Shown piece by piece: positions 8,802 through 17,449 of a stretch of 64,000 nt of DNA. Below the pieces are notes generated by a model. The model saw only the letters and a program-made list of their open reading frames with translations, was not told where the DNA came from and made no database searches. The position numbers and the translations under genes were made by a program. The DNA lies in NCBI GenBank assembly GCA_025454815.1, contig JALONR010000004.1, positions 17,583 through 81,582 of the forward strand. The letters are read 5' to 3'. This stretch comes from Bacteroidales bacterium. Its GTDB lineage: Bacteria; Bacteroidota; Bacteroidia; Bacteroidales; VadinHA17. How positions within the stretch are numbered: the stretch's first letter is position 1; every line of letters begins with the position of its first letter.

Positions 8802-10043
8802 TCATTTCAGCTCATAAAGCACATTGAGCGGAATCCGGGTAACTTCAACATCCTCCTTATTAACCGAATAGATTACCCAGAGGTCATTTTCAGCCACCAC
8901 TGAATGAGGATACTGGTATCCTATGGTCTTTTCAAGACCCTTGTACCTGATAGGGGGGCTTATGAATCTTATTATGGCTGCACGATCAAAATTCAGCCCG
9001 TCACGGGAGAGAGATATTGCAAGCATTGACCGGCCTCCGAGTCCGCCCGGATTCATGGGAATAATATTATTTATAACATAAACCTGCCCGTCAGGCAGTC
9101 TCCCGGCATTGCTTCTTGCACAGGCATCAGGAATACCTGTGCGGGTCGGTACTGTCCAGGTCTTTCCGTCATCAAAACTGAATGAGGCATAGTTTCTCCT
9201 GCTCTTTGAATCTTCCTTTTCCTTTTGAGTAACTGCATCCTTGCTCCCCATATCACGGTAGAGCCTGACGCAGGTGCCATCATCGAGCCTGTAGGATTGG
9301 ACAGGTTCTGTAAGGCGATGGTTATCATCTGAAAGTGGTCTGGGAGTATTAAAATCAAGCTGAATCTCATTCCCCGGTTTGCTGAAGAAATTTACAAACT
9401 TTTCGATCAACATCCTGTCAGCCGCTTTGTAGGACTGGAATCCGGGCACAGGGACAGGTGCTTCATTCTCAAGCCATAGAATTTCACCCAGGGAGCCGTC
9501 TTCTGCAACAGACCGGAATAATTTCCCTATTCCGACACGCTTCTTTTCCTCAATGCTGTTTCCGGTCCACTCTGCCACATCAGTAAAGGCATAAAGCTGA
9601 TCATCAATTATGGCAAATCCGTTTGAGGTCTGGAACCTGGTACCGATAAATGCCTCAGATGCCTGTACCTGCCTGTCATGCGAAGGAAAAAGCTCTTCAA
9701 AGGGGGACCATGTCTGGCCACCATCGTAAGATCTTCTCATAAGGCCTCGCTGTCCGGACCCGTTTTCATCATTGACCTGGTTATCCCATGATGCATAGAG
9801 AACGCCCTTATAATAGCATAAATGGCCATGATGGGAGAATGTTCCATTTTCAGGAACCGCCGTATAAAGGGTATATGTCTCCGTGTTTTCAAGCAGGTCA
9901 ATCCTGGAGTTCAGCTCATCAGATAATGCTGTCCACCTGATTTCAGGTTGCCTGCTAACGGCTGGCTGCTTTACATGGTCACATGAAACAAGCATCACGA
10001 TTGCTGATAACAATACCGTCAGGTTTTTGTGAAGTGTTTTCAT
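8802..10043 (-). CDS. BNR/Asp-box sialidase-fold propeller, non-canonical (family B, single-domain copy), lipoprotein
   Basis: 413 aa. Lipobox MLVSC. Asp-boxes RRSYDGGQTW and SFDDGKTW. Collinear with each half of the 844-aa protein at 12967-15501. Confidence 0.85.
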   Translation of the reverse strand: MKTLHKNLTVLLSAIVMLVSCDHVKQPAVSRQPEIRWTALSDELNSRIDLLENTETYTLYTAVPENGTFSHHGHLCYYKGVLYASWDNQVNDENGSGQRGLMRRSYDGGQTWSPFEELFPSHDRQVQASEAFIGTRFQTSNGFAIIDDQLYAFTDVAEWTGNSIEEKKRVGIGKLFRSVAEDGSLGEILWLENEAPVPVPGFQSYKAADRMLIEKFVNFFSKPGNEIQLDFNTPRPLSDDNHRLTEPVQSYRLDDGTCVRLYRDMGSKDAVTQKEKEDSKSRRNYASFSFDDGKTWTVPTRTGIPDACARSNAGRLPDGQVYVINNIIPMNPGGLGGRSMLAISLSRDGLNFDRAAIIRFISPPIRYKGLEKTIGYQYPHSVVAENDLWVIYSVNKEDVEVTRIPLNVLYELK

Positions 10044-10205
10044 CTGTTTACACTCATTTATTGATAGGTCAAATTGGCTTCATACTTTCACTACAGTACA
10101 TATTTCTGCCGGCCGGAAGAATCGTTGCAGATCTGTTGTTGAATCTCCCTTGCGGAAAATCAAGCCTGAATTGATGATTTGTTTCCGAGACCCGGGAATC
10201 ATGTA

Positions 10206-11342
10206 TTAGTTATTCAGATCCAGGACGCCGAATCTGATTGCTGTTCTTTTGTTGTCCGGATCATCCGAACTATCCCATACACACAGGAATACTCCTGGTT
10301 GCTTCTCAATCAGAGTGGGATAGCTGTTCCGGTCATTGTTCCAGTAGAATAGTCTTGGTTCGGACCATTTGCCCCCGGGTTCTTTAACAACATAGTACAA
10401 GCCTCTCCTTACCTGCCTGGCGTCATCATTGTACACATAGATATGTCTGTTTTTTGAATCCTTTCCGAAGAAACCCTTTGATGCCGTATTCCAGAGATCC
10501 GGTTCCTCCACAGCCATAGACCAGGTTTTACCTTTATCACTGCTTACTGATGACCATGCCCTTGGGGCATCAAGTGTTCCGACATTTGAATACTTGGCAG
10601 TACGCATAACGATTTTCAGTTCATCCGGTTTTTCTCCCTCAGCAATATTGCCTTCATGAAGCCATACCTCCGCGGGCCGGGGAATGTATGCGGCAAGATT
10701 CCAGTCAAGAAGGTTTGTGCTTTCGAGTACAAATTGTTCCCTGTCACCCTTGGGATCATGACGCAGTGTATTACGGTGTACCGGTAGCAAATATCTGGTT
10801 ATCCCGTTGTCCCTTACGGTTACAATGCCAGCATTGGTGATAAGAGGAGAATGAAATCCCATCCTCAGCTCCACATGCTGCCATGTAATTCCCCCGTCGC
10901 ATGAATAGGCAGCACACAATTCACTGTCCTCGCTATCACTGTAGGAAACCGGGCATCTCATACCAAAAAACCAGATAATCCTCTGTCCCTCGGGAATGAA
11001 CAAAACCGGGTTCGCATATGCATATTGACGGCTGCCGTTGTACTCCCGGTGATCAAATATACAGCTTGGAGGTGACCATGTCTTCCCCCCATCCCTGGTT
11101 ACAGAACACATTATATCGGCCATATCAGTCTTACCCCTTAGCTGGAGACCATAGGCAACCACATAATGGTCCTTGTCCCATTGGGCAATAAATGGCTGGT
11201 AAATCCTGTGGTAAACCGTGTTTTCCGGCAATATGTCAATTGTGACAACATCCCTGACATCACCGGTTTCCTGTGCATACGACGGCAGGCCAAGTGCAAT
11301 CAATGCACTGGCAAATAATAACTTTATAGTTCTGGCTCTCAT
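10206..11342 (-). CDS. Secreted BNR/Asp-box sialidase-fold propeller, non-canonical (family A, copy 2)
   Basis: Asp-boxes SVTRDGGKTW, SCDGGITW and SSDKGKTW. In one 61-aa stretch aligned by eye, 47 residues are identical to 3011-4162. The ORF track starts at a TTG at 11366. The ATG at 11342 (MRARTIKLLF...) gives a normal signal peptide and no overlap with the sulfatase. Confidence 0.85.
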   Translation of the reverse strand: MRARTIKLLFASALIALGLPSYAQETGDVRDVVTIDILPENTVYHRIYQPFIAQWDKDHYVVAYGLQLRGKTDMADIMCSVTRDGGKTWSPPSCIFDHREYNGSRQYAYANPVLFIPEGQRIIWFFGMRCPVSYSDSEDSELCAAYSCDGGITWQHVELRMGFHSPLITNAGIVTVRDNGITRYLLPVHRNTLRHDPKGDREQFVLESTNLLDWNLAAYIPRPAEVWLHEGNIAEGEKPDELKIVMRTAKYSNVGTLDAPRAWSSVSSDKGKTWSMAVEEPDLWNTASKGFFGKDSKNRHIYVYNDDARQVRRGLYYVVKEPGGKWSEPRLFYWNNDRNSYPTLIEKQPGVFLCVWDSSDDPDNKRTAIRFGVLDLNN

Positions 11343-11349
11343 AATCGCT

Positions 11350-12897
11350 CTATTTTCTTCCATCAATCATAACTCCGGATTTACGCTCCATATATGTGTA
11401 TGTACCCGGATCAAAATAATACTTCTCTTTTGACGGCACGGGCTTGGCAAATGAGTCCGGAATCCACTTCAGGTGGCTTTCAATAACATCCTTGTACTTT
11501 TCATCGCCTGCCAGGTTATACCAGTCATATAGATCGCTGGTTTTGTCATAAAGTTCTTCGGTGCCATCAAGGTAGTGAATATACCGCCAGTTCTCCGTGC
11601 GCACAGCCACATTGCCCACCTTGATCTCTGTTATGGCGGGATACTCCCATTCTGCCTGGGGATTCTCAAGCAGCGGAGTCATATCATGCCCGTCAAGCCC
11701 CGCCTTTTCAGGCAAACCGCATAAGCTGGTCAGTGTCGGGAAGACATTGACCATGTCAACAGGCCTGGTGCAAACGTTATCAGAATACTTTGCGCCGGGG
11801 ATCTTTATAATAAAGGGAATGCGGGTACATTCTTCCCAGAGGGTCTGCTTCGCCCAGTGCTGCTTGGTTCCGTGGTGCCATCCATGGTCAGACCAGAATA
11901 CAACAATTGTATTGTCTGCATATCTGCTGTTTTCCAGCAGATCAAGCACCGCACCCAGCTGGGCATCAGCGAATGTTATGGAAGCAAGGTATGCCTGCAA
12001 TGCATCTTTATATTTTCCGTACTCCTTGATATTGACGAATGCACTGTTGCCATCCATTGCAAGCTTTCTGCCCTCCTCCGGAACATCATCCAGATCATCT
12101 TCCTTAATCCGGGGAAGCACTATGCTGTCAAGAGGGTACATATCAAAGTACTTCTGCGGCACATGTAAAGGGACATGAGGCCGGTAGGTTCCAACGACCA
12201 GAAAAAAAGGTTTTTCATGATCCCTGGCAAGAAACTCCCGGGTGTAATTCACAACCTGGACATCTCCATAATCCTTTTCCTCCTTGCCTGGTATGGCTCC
12301 CCAGTCGTTATTACCGACCTTTGGTATTCCATTCAGAGGTTTCCAGTCAGGCATGGGAACCTTGGGATCACGGTAGCCGAAATCAAGCCAGTACTTCTCG
12401 GGTGACCAGTCCTGGAAATACCATGGATCATCAAATACCTGGTCCTGGAATTCATCCCAGCTGCACGGAGGATTGTTCCCGGGAGTATGGTGAAAAACCT
12501 TACCGGCTCCTGCTGAGTAGTATCCGTTATTCTTGAAATACTGGGGCATGGTAATTACATCCGGCAGGGATGCCTTCCACCATTGACCGTTGTTGTAAAG
12601 GCCTGATGTGGAGGGCCTCAATCCTGTAAGAAACGCATTTCTCGAAGGGCATGAAACAGTTGCAGCAACGTGGGCATTTGTAAAAGCCACCCCCTGTGCT
12701 GCCAGGCGGTCCATATTGGGGGTATATACCTTGCCCTCATAACTGTTGAGAAAACCTGCGTAATCACGCATATCATCAACGGTGAAGATGAGAACGTTAT
12801 ATTTCTCAGAAGCCGGCTTCTCAGCCGAAGGTCCGGTGCAACCGCAGATACTGCCTACTGTTACCAGTGAACAGAAACCAGTTTTGATAAGTCTCAT
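11350..12897 (-). CDS. S1-family sulfatase (iduronate-2-sulfatase-like layout), lipoprotein
   Basis: 515 aa. Lipobox SICGC. Motifs FTVDDMRD, VSCPSRNAFLTGLRP (Ser two residues before Pro, Cys at +1) and WSDHGWHHG. Confidence 0.9.
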   Translation of the reverse strand: MRLIKTGFCSLVTVGSICGCTGPSAEKPASEKYNVLIFTVDDMRDYAGFLNSYEGKVYTPNMDRLAAQGVAFTNAHVAATVSCPSRNAFLTGLRPSTSGLYNNGQWWKASLPDVITMPQYFKNNGYYSAGAGKVFHHTPGNNPPCSWDEFQDQVFDDPWYFQDWSPEKYWLDFGYRDPKVPMPDWKPLNGIPKVGNNDWGAIPGKEEKDYGDVQVVNYTREFLARDHEKPFFLVVGTYRPHVPLHVPQKYFDMYPLDSIVLPRIKEDDLDDVPEEGRKLAMDGNSAFVNIKEYGKYKDALQAYLASITFADAQLGAVLDLLENSRYADNTIVVFWSDHGWHHGTKQHWAKQTLWEECTRIPFIIKIPGAKYSDNVCTRPVDMVNVFPTLTSLCGLPEKAGLDGHDMTPLLENPQAEWEYPAITEIKVGNVAVRTENWRYIHYLDGTEELYDKTSDLYDWYNLAGDEKYKDVIESHLKWIPDSFAKPVPSKEKYYFDPGTYTYMERKSGVMIDGRK

Positions 12898-12966
12898 AGT
12901 TTTGGGTTATGTTTAATTGGCTAATCTTTGATTGATAATTCAGGTAGGTCGTTGATTCATTGATTA

Positions 12967-15501
12967 TCAGAGGGACTTAATCTTGTACAGTTCCGAAAGA
13001 GGTATCCTGGTCACCTGAATGTCCTCCTTGTTGACAGAGTATATCACCCAGAGATTGTCTCCTTCAACCACTGAATGCGGATACTGGAACCCGATAGACT
13101 TTGCCCTGCCGCTGTAACGCATTTTCGGTGCAATAAATCTGATCACTGCCACACGGTCATAGTTCAGTCCGTCGGCCGAAAGTGATATGGCAAGCAGGGA
13201 CCGGCCTCCGTCTTTCGTGGACAGGGGGAGTATGTTGTTAATAACGTACACCTGTCCGTCAGGAAGTTTGCCTGCATTTGACTTTGCACATGCATCTGGG
13301 AATGAAGTACGTGAAGGTACACTCCATGTAGTACAGTTGTCGTAGCTATAGGATGCATAATTCCTGCGGCTCTTGCTTTCTTCAAGATCAACTTTGGGAC
13401 CCTGAGCAGGAATATTTACGTTAATGAGGCCTGCATCCCGGTAAAGCCTTACCCATGTACCATCCTTCGCCCTGTATGAAGGAACCTGTTCAATCATACG
13501 ATGGTTGTCATCAGATATGGGAAACGGAGTCCATGAGTCGGTCGATGAATCTGATTCCGGAACAGGAGATGTGAAATCAAGCTGGATTTCATTTCCCGGT
13601 TGCAGGAAATACTCATTTATTTTTTTTACCAGGAGGGGATCACCGGGCGGATAAGCCGGGAAACCTTCAACGTGCCCCGGAGCCACGGCAGTAAGCCAGA
13701 AGATTTCACCCAAACCGCCGTCAGGGTTGATGGACCGGCACAGGCGTCCGGCATGGAACCGTTTCCTGTTGCCTATGCTTGTTCCCCTGTGGTCATCCAC
13801 TTCAGTAATAGCATACAGGATATCATCAACCACGACAAATCCGTTTGAAGTTTGAATGCGGCCCCTGTAGCTGTTCCCGATAAGTGCCTCTGATGAGGGG
13901 ATATATTTATCCATTGGCGGGAAGAGTTCCTCAACGGGAGTCCATGTCCTGCCCTGGTCAGTTGAGCGCCGCATCATTCCATGCTGGCCTGGGCCATGTT
14001 CATCTTTGGCCTGTGTGTCCCATGAAGCATAAAAGACCCCCTTAAAACAGGTAATATGCGAATGATGGTTGAAAGTACCTGTTTCAGGGGTCCCCAGGTG
14101 CAAAGTAGCTGTCTCAATGTTCTCCAGGAAATTGTAACTGAAATTCATATCATCACTCCCATATGCTGTCCAGCGCACAGCAGGTCTTCCATTTTGAACT
14201 GAGGCATCGGGTTGGACCGAAGACAATGATTTTTTGAAATACGGCATTTCATCAAATGATTCCAGCTCCCTCAGTGGTATCCTCATCAACTGAATGTCCT
14301 CCTTGTTTATGGAGCTCAGCAAAAAGAGCCAATCACCGGCTACCACCGAATGAGCCTGGAACCCGGGAGCCTTGCTTCGCCCCTCATAACGTTTCTCAGG
14401 GGCTATGAACTGAAGCAAGACTGTGCGGTCAAAGTTCAGGCCGTCACCGGACAGTGAAAGAGTTTGAATGGAACGACCTCCTTTCTTGTTCGACAGGGGC
14501 CAGCCGGCATTTACAATATAATAATCTCCGCCGGGTAGCCTGCCTGAAGTCGATCTGCCGCAAGCGTCAGGGAAGCTGGTCCTCCGGGCAGGTGTCCATG
14601 TCTTTCCATTGTCAAAACTGAAACATGCATAGTTTCTCCTGCTTTTGGAGGCTTCATCCTCTTCATCACTTGAAGCCCCCTTTAGCCCTGAATCACGGTA
14701 CATCTTGACCCAGGTACCGTCTTCAAGCTGCCATGCCTGTCCCTCTCCTGTTGAATGATTGTCATCTGTCCCCGGGAAGTCATTCACCCCAAACAGCAAC
14801 TGTGGTTCTGTAAGGGGGTTTGACAGATACTCATTCATTCTTTCAACAATTGAGGCATCTCCGGGCGGGAATGAAGGGTAGCCGGGTACAGGCTGAGGTA
14901 CTTTATCAAGAAGCCAGAAAATGTCTCCCATTGTTCCATCAGTATTCAGTTGCCTTGCCAGTCGCCCAAGTTTAATGCGCGGACCTATTTTCCCCTTTCC
15001 GGCTGCTGTCCATTCGGCCACATCGGTTATCGCAAACAGCTTCCCATCCAGAACCATAAAACCGTTGTTCGTCTGGAATCGGGTGTAAGGATAAGGATCA
15101 GCAGCAGGAACATTTTTTGAAAGAGGCGGAAACAGTTCCTCTACTTCAGTCCAGGTTTTACCCATGTCTGATGATCTTCTTATCATTCCATGCTGTCCGG
15201 AGGCATTTTCATCACGTGCCTGCTGATCCCAGGTTGCAAAAAGAATCCCGTTATGAAAGGTTATCATGGTATGGTGGTTCCATTTCGCAGACTCCGGATT
15301 TCCTCTGTACAGAATGGTTTTTTCAGTGTTTTTAAGGAGATCGTATTTAAAATTAATCGGGTCAGCATTGGCAGTATACCTGATAACAGGAAGGTTTTTT
15401 TCGGAGTACAAAGTCTGTGAAAACAATTCCGGACAAGGTATAGTGATAGCCAGGCCAAGGAGTATCCAAAGCCAGGGAAATCTCAATTCTCTCATTTCCA
15501 T
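12967..15501 (-). CDS. Tandem double BNR/Asp-box propeller (two family-B modules fused in one 844-aa protein)
   Basis: The N-half carries RRSSDMGKTW and SFDNGKTW. The C-half carries RRSTDQGRTW and SYDNCTTW. Each half ends with the same ...SINKEDIQ(L/V)(M/T)RIPL... tail, which is also found in the 413-aa protein. Confidence 0.9.
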   Translation of the reverse strand: MEMRELRFPWLWILLGLAITIPCPELFSQTLYSEKNLPVIRYTANADPINFKYDLLKNTEKTILYRGNPESAKWNHHTMITFHNGILFATWDQQARDENASGQHGMIRRSSDMGKTWTEVEELFPPLSKNVPAADPYPYTRFQTNNGFMVLDGKLFAITDVAEWTAAGKGKIGPRIKLGRLARQLNTDGTMGDIFWLLDKVPQPVPGYPSFPPGDASIVERMNEYLSNPLTEPQLLFGVNDFPGTDDNHSTGEGQAWQLEDGTWVKMYRDSGLKGASSDEEDEASKSRRNYACFSFDNGKTWTPARRTSFPDACGRSTSGRLPGGDYYIVNAGWPLSNKKGGRSIQTLSLSGDGLNFDRTVLLQFIAPEKRYEGRSKAPGFQAHSVVAGDWLFLLSSINKEDIQLMRIPLRELESFDEMPYFKKSLSSVQPDASVQNGRPAVRWTAYGSDDMNFSYNFLENIETATLHLGTPETGTFNHHSHITCFKGVFYASWDTQAKDEHGPGQHGMMRRSTDQGRTWTPVEELFPPMDKYIPSSEALIGNSYRGRIQTSNGFVVVDDILYAITEVDDHRGTSIGNRKRFHAGRLCRSINPDGGLGEIFWLTAVAPGHVEGFPAYPPGDPLLVKKINEYFLQPGNEIQLDFTSPVPESDSSTDSWTPFPISDDNHRMIEQVPSYRAKDGTWVRLYRDAGLINVNIPAQGPKVDLEESKSRRNYASYSYDNCTTWSVPSRTSFPDACAKSNAGKLPDGQVYVINNILPLSTKDGGRSLLAISLSADGLNYDRVAVIRFIAPKMRYSGRAKSIGFQYPHSVVEGDNLWVIYSVNKEDIQVTRIPLSELYKIKSL

Positions 15502-15549
15502 CTGTCAAATCTCTTTTATGAGTTAAGTGACTACCCGACTGGTTGTTTG

Positions 15550-17337
15550 TTATTTATCTATCAGTTCTCCCAGCGGGATGCTTTCAAAAACCATATCAGA
15601 AGTACTCCCTTCGTATATGATTCCAATTGTATTCTCATCAATTGATGTCAGGCATGAATACCCCCGGTTATATCCTTCATCAAGGAGCATCCAGTATTTT
15701 TCGGGCCAGGTCATACCCTCATCAAAACTTACCTTGATGGTTGTTTTCCTTCTTGGATTCTCGCTTATGTTTGGATTTGAAAAGAGCAGGACAGATCTCT
15801 TTTCCCCGTCTACAGTATATTCATGGGTATAGAGAGATCCCATACAAACAGGTTCCTGGAGTGTGTTTCTTGAGGTTGGATGTTCAGTCCATGTTTCTCC
15901 CAGGTCTTTTGTCACACTTACGGCCCGACCGGTCTTGCCGGGCTCAGGATTCCTGTAGCGCATGTTAAGCATGAGTGATCCCTCAGAAAGCTGGACTACG
16001 GCACATTCATTGGTTCCTGAGAAGGCTGGGTTGCTGGTCTTCCACGTAACACCTCCGTCTTTACTGTAGGTGATGTTTGAGAAGGCGCGACCATTCTCGT
16101 CCCTTCCCTGGGTTGGAAAGACAAGGGTTCCGTCTGCCAGGGTAACTCCCCGTCCTGGTGCAGGTGCCCACAACCACCATTTCTCATCCTTGCACATCCT
16201 TGTCAGGTTGACAGGTTCCTCCCATGTCTGGCCGTCATCAGTACTTCTTGAAACAATGAACTGCGAAGTCTGTTTTACCTCAAAACCTGGTTGTGATCCT
16301 TTTCTTCGCCACTGGTGTTCCCATTCTGTGCTTGCAGAGGTAAGACCTTCAATCCATTTACCCGCTGTGTCAAGGACGCCATGCATCCAGAGTCCGGCAA
16401 CAAAGACATTTCCTGTGTTTTGATCAACAAGGATACAGGCATCGCTCACTCCGTTATACTTCTGGGGAAGCCCTCCCCATTCTCCCATATCCAGGGCTAC
16501 TCTCATGGGTTCCCAGGTATTTCCTCCATCTGTGCTACGGCTTAATCCGATATCAATATTCCCCTGGAGATCCGTATTGAATGTCCCGGGCCATCTGTCC
16601 CGGCGTGCATCGTAAATCGCCAGCAGTGTTCCGTTCTTCGTCGTGGCCAGTCCTGGTACACGGTATGTGTGAACGTTATCATCAAGATGCTGACGGAGGG
16701 CAACACCAATACGTTGTACAATCTCATTATCCCGGACAGGCTTTACGGGTCTGCCAGTTTCGAAACCGATCTTTTTGCAGTCCCCGTCTATTTTGCGGTG
16801 AAGATTCGCGTCATCAGAGAGTTCATACATTACCCAGAAATAGTTATCTCCAGGCTCAAGATCCTGCTCACCTGAAAATGTTATTGAAGATGCGGGAGAC
16901 ATATCATTGCCGAACTGAACGGGTCTCCAGTCATCTATAATATCAGGATCAGCGTAATGTTCCGGACCAGGTATAAAATCATCGTCATAGACTGGATCCA
17001 CAATACCACCTGCCTTATTGGCTGGCTTTTCATACTTGACCCAAAGTGAGTCTTTGCCCATATAAAACACCCTTACCGCCTTCAGGTCAGACAGATTTTC
17101 AGTACCGTCAGTTTTGATGAGGAAAGAGGTTACCTTGCGGGTTGTAGCGTCAGCTGCAAGGTTTATCTTAACCTGTAATACCGGATTATTCTTCCTGTAT
17201 TTGAGCACCGGTACCTGGTATTGCCTTATGTTAACCTCCGGGCTTGCTTTATCCGTACCGCATGAGCTGGTTATCAGACTAGCAGCTACCAGTGCAGCGA
17301 TGAGCCAGAAGCCGGGAAATACACTTATGATCTTCAT
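15550..17337 (-). CDS. GH33 exo-alpha-sialidase with an N-terminal accessory domain (NanH-like), lipoprotein; paralogue of 5543-7261
   Basis: YRVPGLATT motif. Asp-boxes SRSTDGGNTW, SRSTDDGQTW, YSKDGGVTW, VTKDLGETW and SFDEGMTW. Lipobox ITSSC. Confidence 0.9.
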   Translation of the reverse strand: MKIISVFPGFWLIAALVAASLITSSCGTDKASPEVNIRQYQVPVLKYRKNNPVLQVKINLAADATTRKVTSFLIKTDGTENLSDLKAVRVFYMGKDSLWVKYEKPANKAGGIVDPVYDDDFIPGPEHYADPDIIDDWRPVQFGNDMSPASSITFSGEQDLEPGDNYFWVMYELSDDANLHRKIDGDCKKIGFETGRPVKPVRDNEIVQRIGVALRQHLDDNVHTYRVPGLATTKNGTLLAIYDARRDRWPGTFNTDLQGNIDIGLSRSTDGGNTWEPMRVALDMGEWGGLPQKYNGVSDACILVDQNTGNVFVAGLWMHGVLDTAGKWIEGLTSASTEWEHQWRRKGSQPGFEVKQTSQFIVSRSTDDGQTWEEPVNLTRMCKDEKWWLWAPAPGRGVTLADGTLVFPTQGRDENGRAFSNITYSKDGGVTWKTSNPAFSGTNECAVVQLSEGSLMLNMRYRNPEPGKTGRAVSVTKDLGETWTEHPTSRNTLQEPVCMGSLYTHEYTVDGEKRSVLLFSNPNISENPRRKTTIKVSFDEGMTWPEKYWMLLDEGYNRGYSCLTSIDENTIGIIYEGSTSDMVFESIPLGELIDK

Positions 17338-17377
17338 AGATATTTCTTTAATATTCTGTAACTTGAAAAATTGAAAC

Positions 17378-17426
17378 GGTTTCAGAAGATGAGCTCATCC
17401 CATCTGAGATGAGCTCATCAGAAACC
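17378..17426 (-). terminator. Strong intercistronic stem-loop between susD and the first enzyme gene (attenuator or partial terminator, or a double palindromic protein site)
   Basis: GGTTTC..GATGAGCTCATC-ccatctga-GATGAGCTCATC.GAAACC. Two identical 12-bp perfect palindromes sit at 17388-17399 and 17408-17419, with flanking complementary arms. On the transcribed (minus) strand the stem is followed by GTTTCAATTTTTC. Confidence 0.45.
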
Positions 17427-17449
17427 AACCCCATGAAAAACCTGATTCC

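Noticed and set aside
9983-10174. 63-aa plus-strand ORF in the 162-nt gap between two propeller genes
   Set aside because: It has no motif, starts inside the upstream gene on the other strand, and its composition is not protein-like. I regard the gap as an intercistronic spacer.
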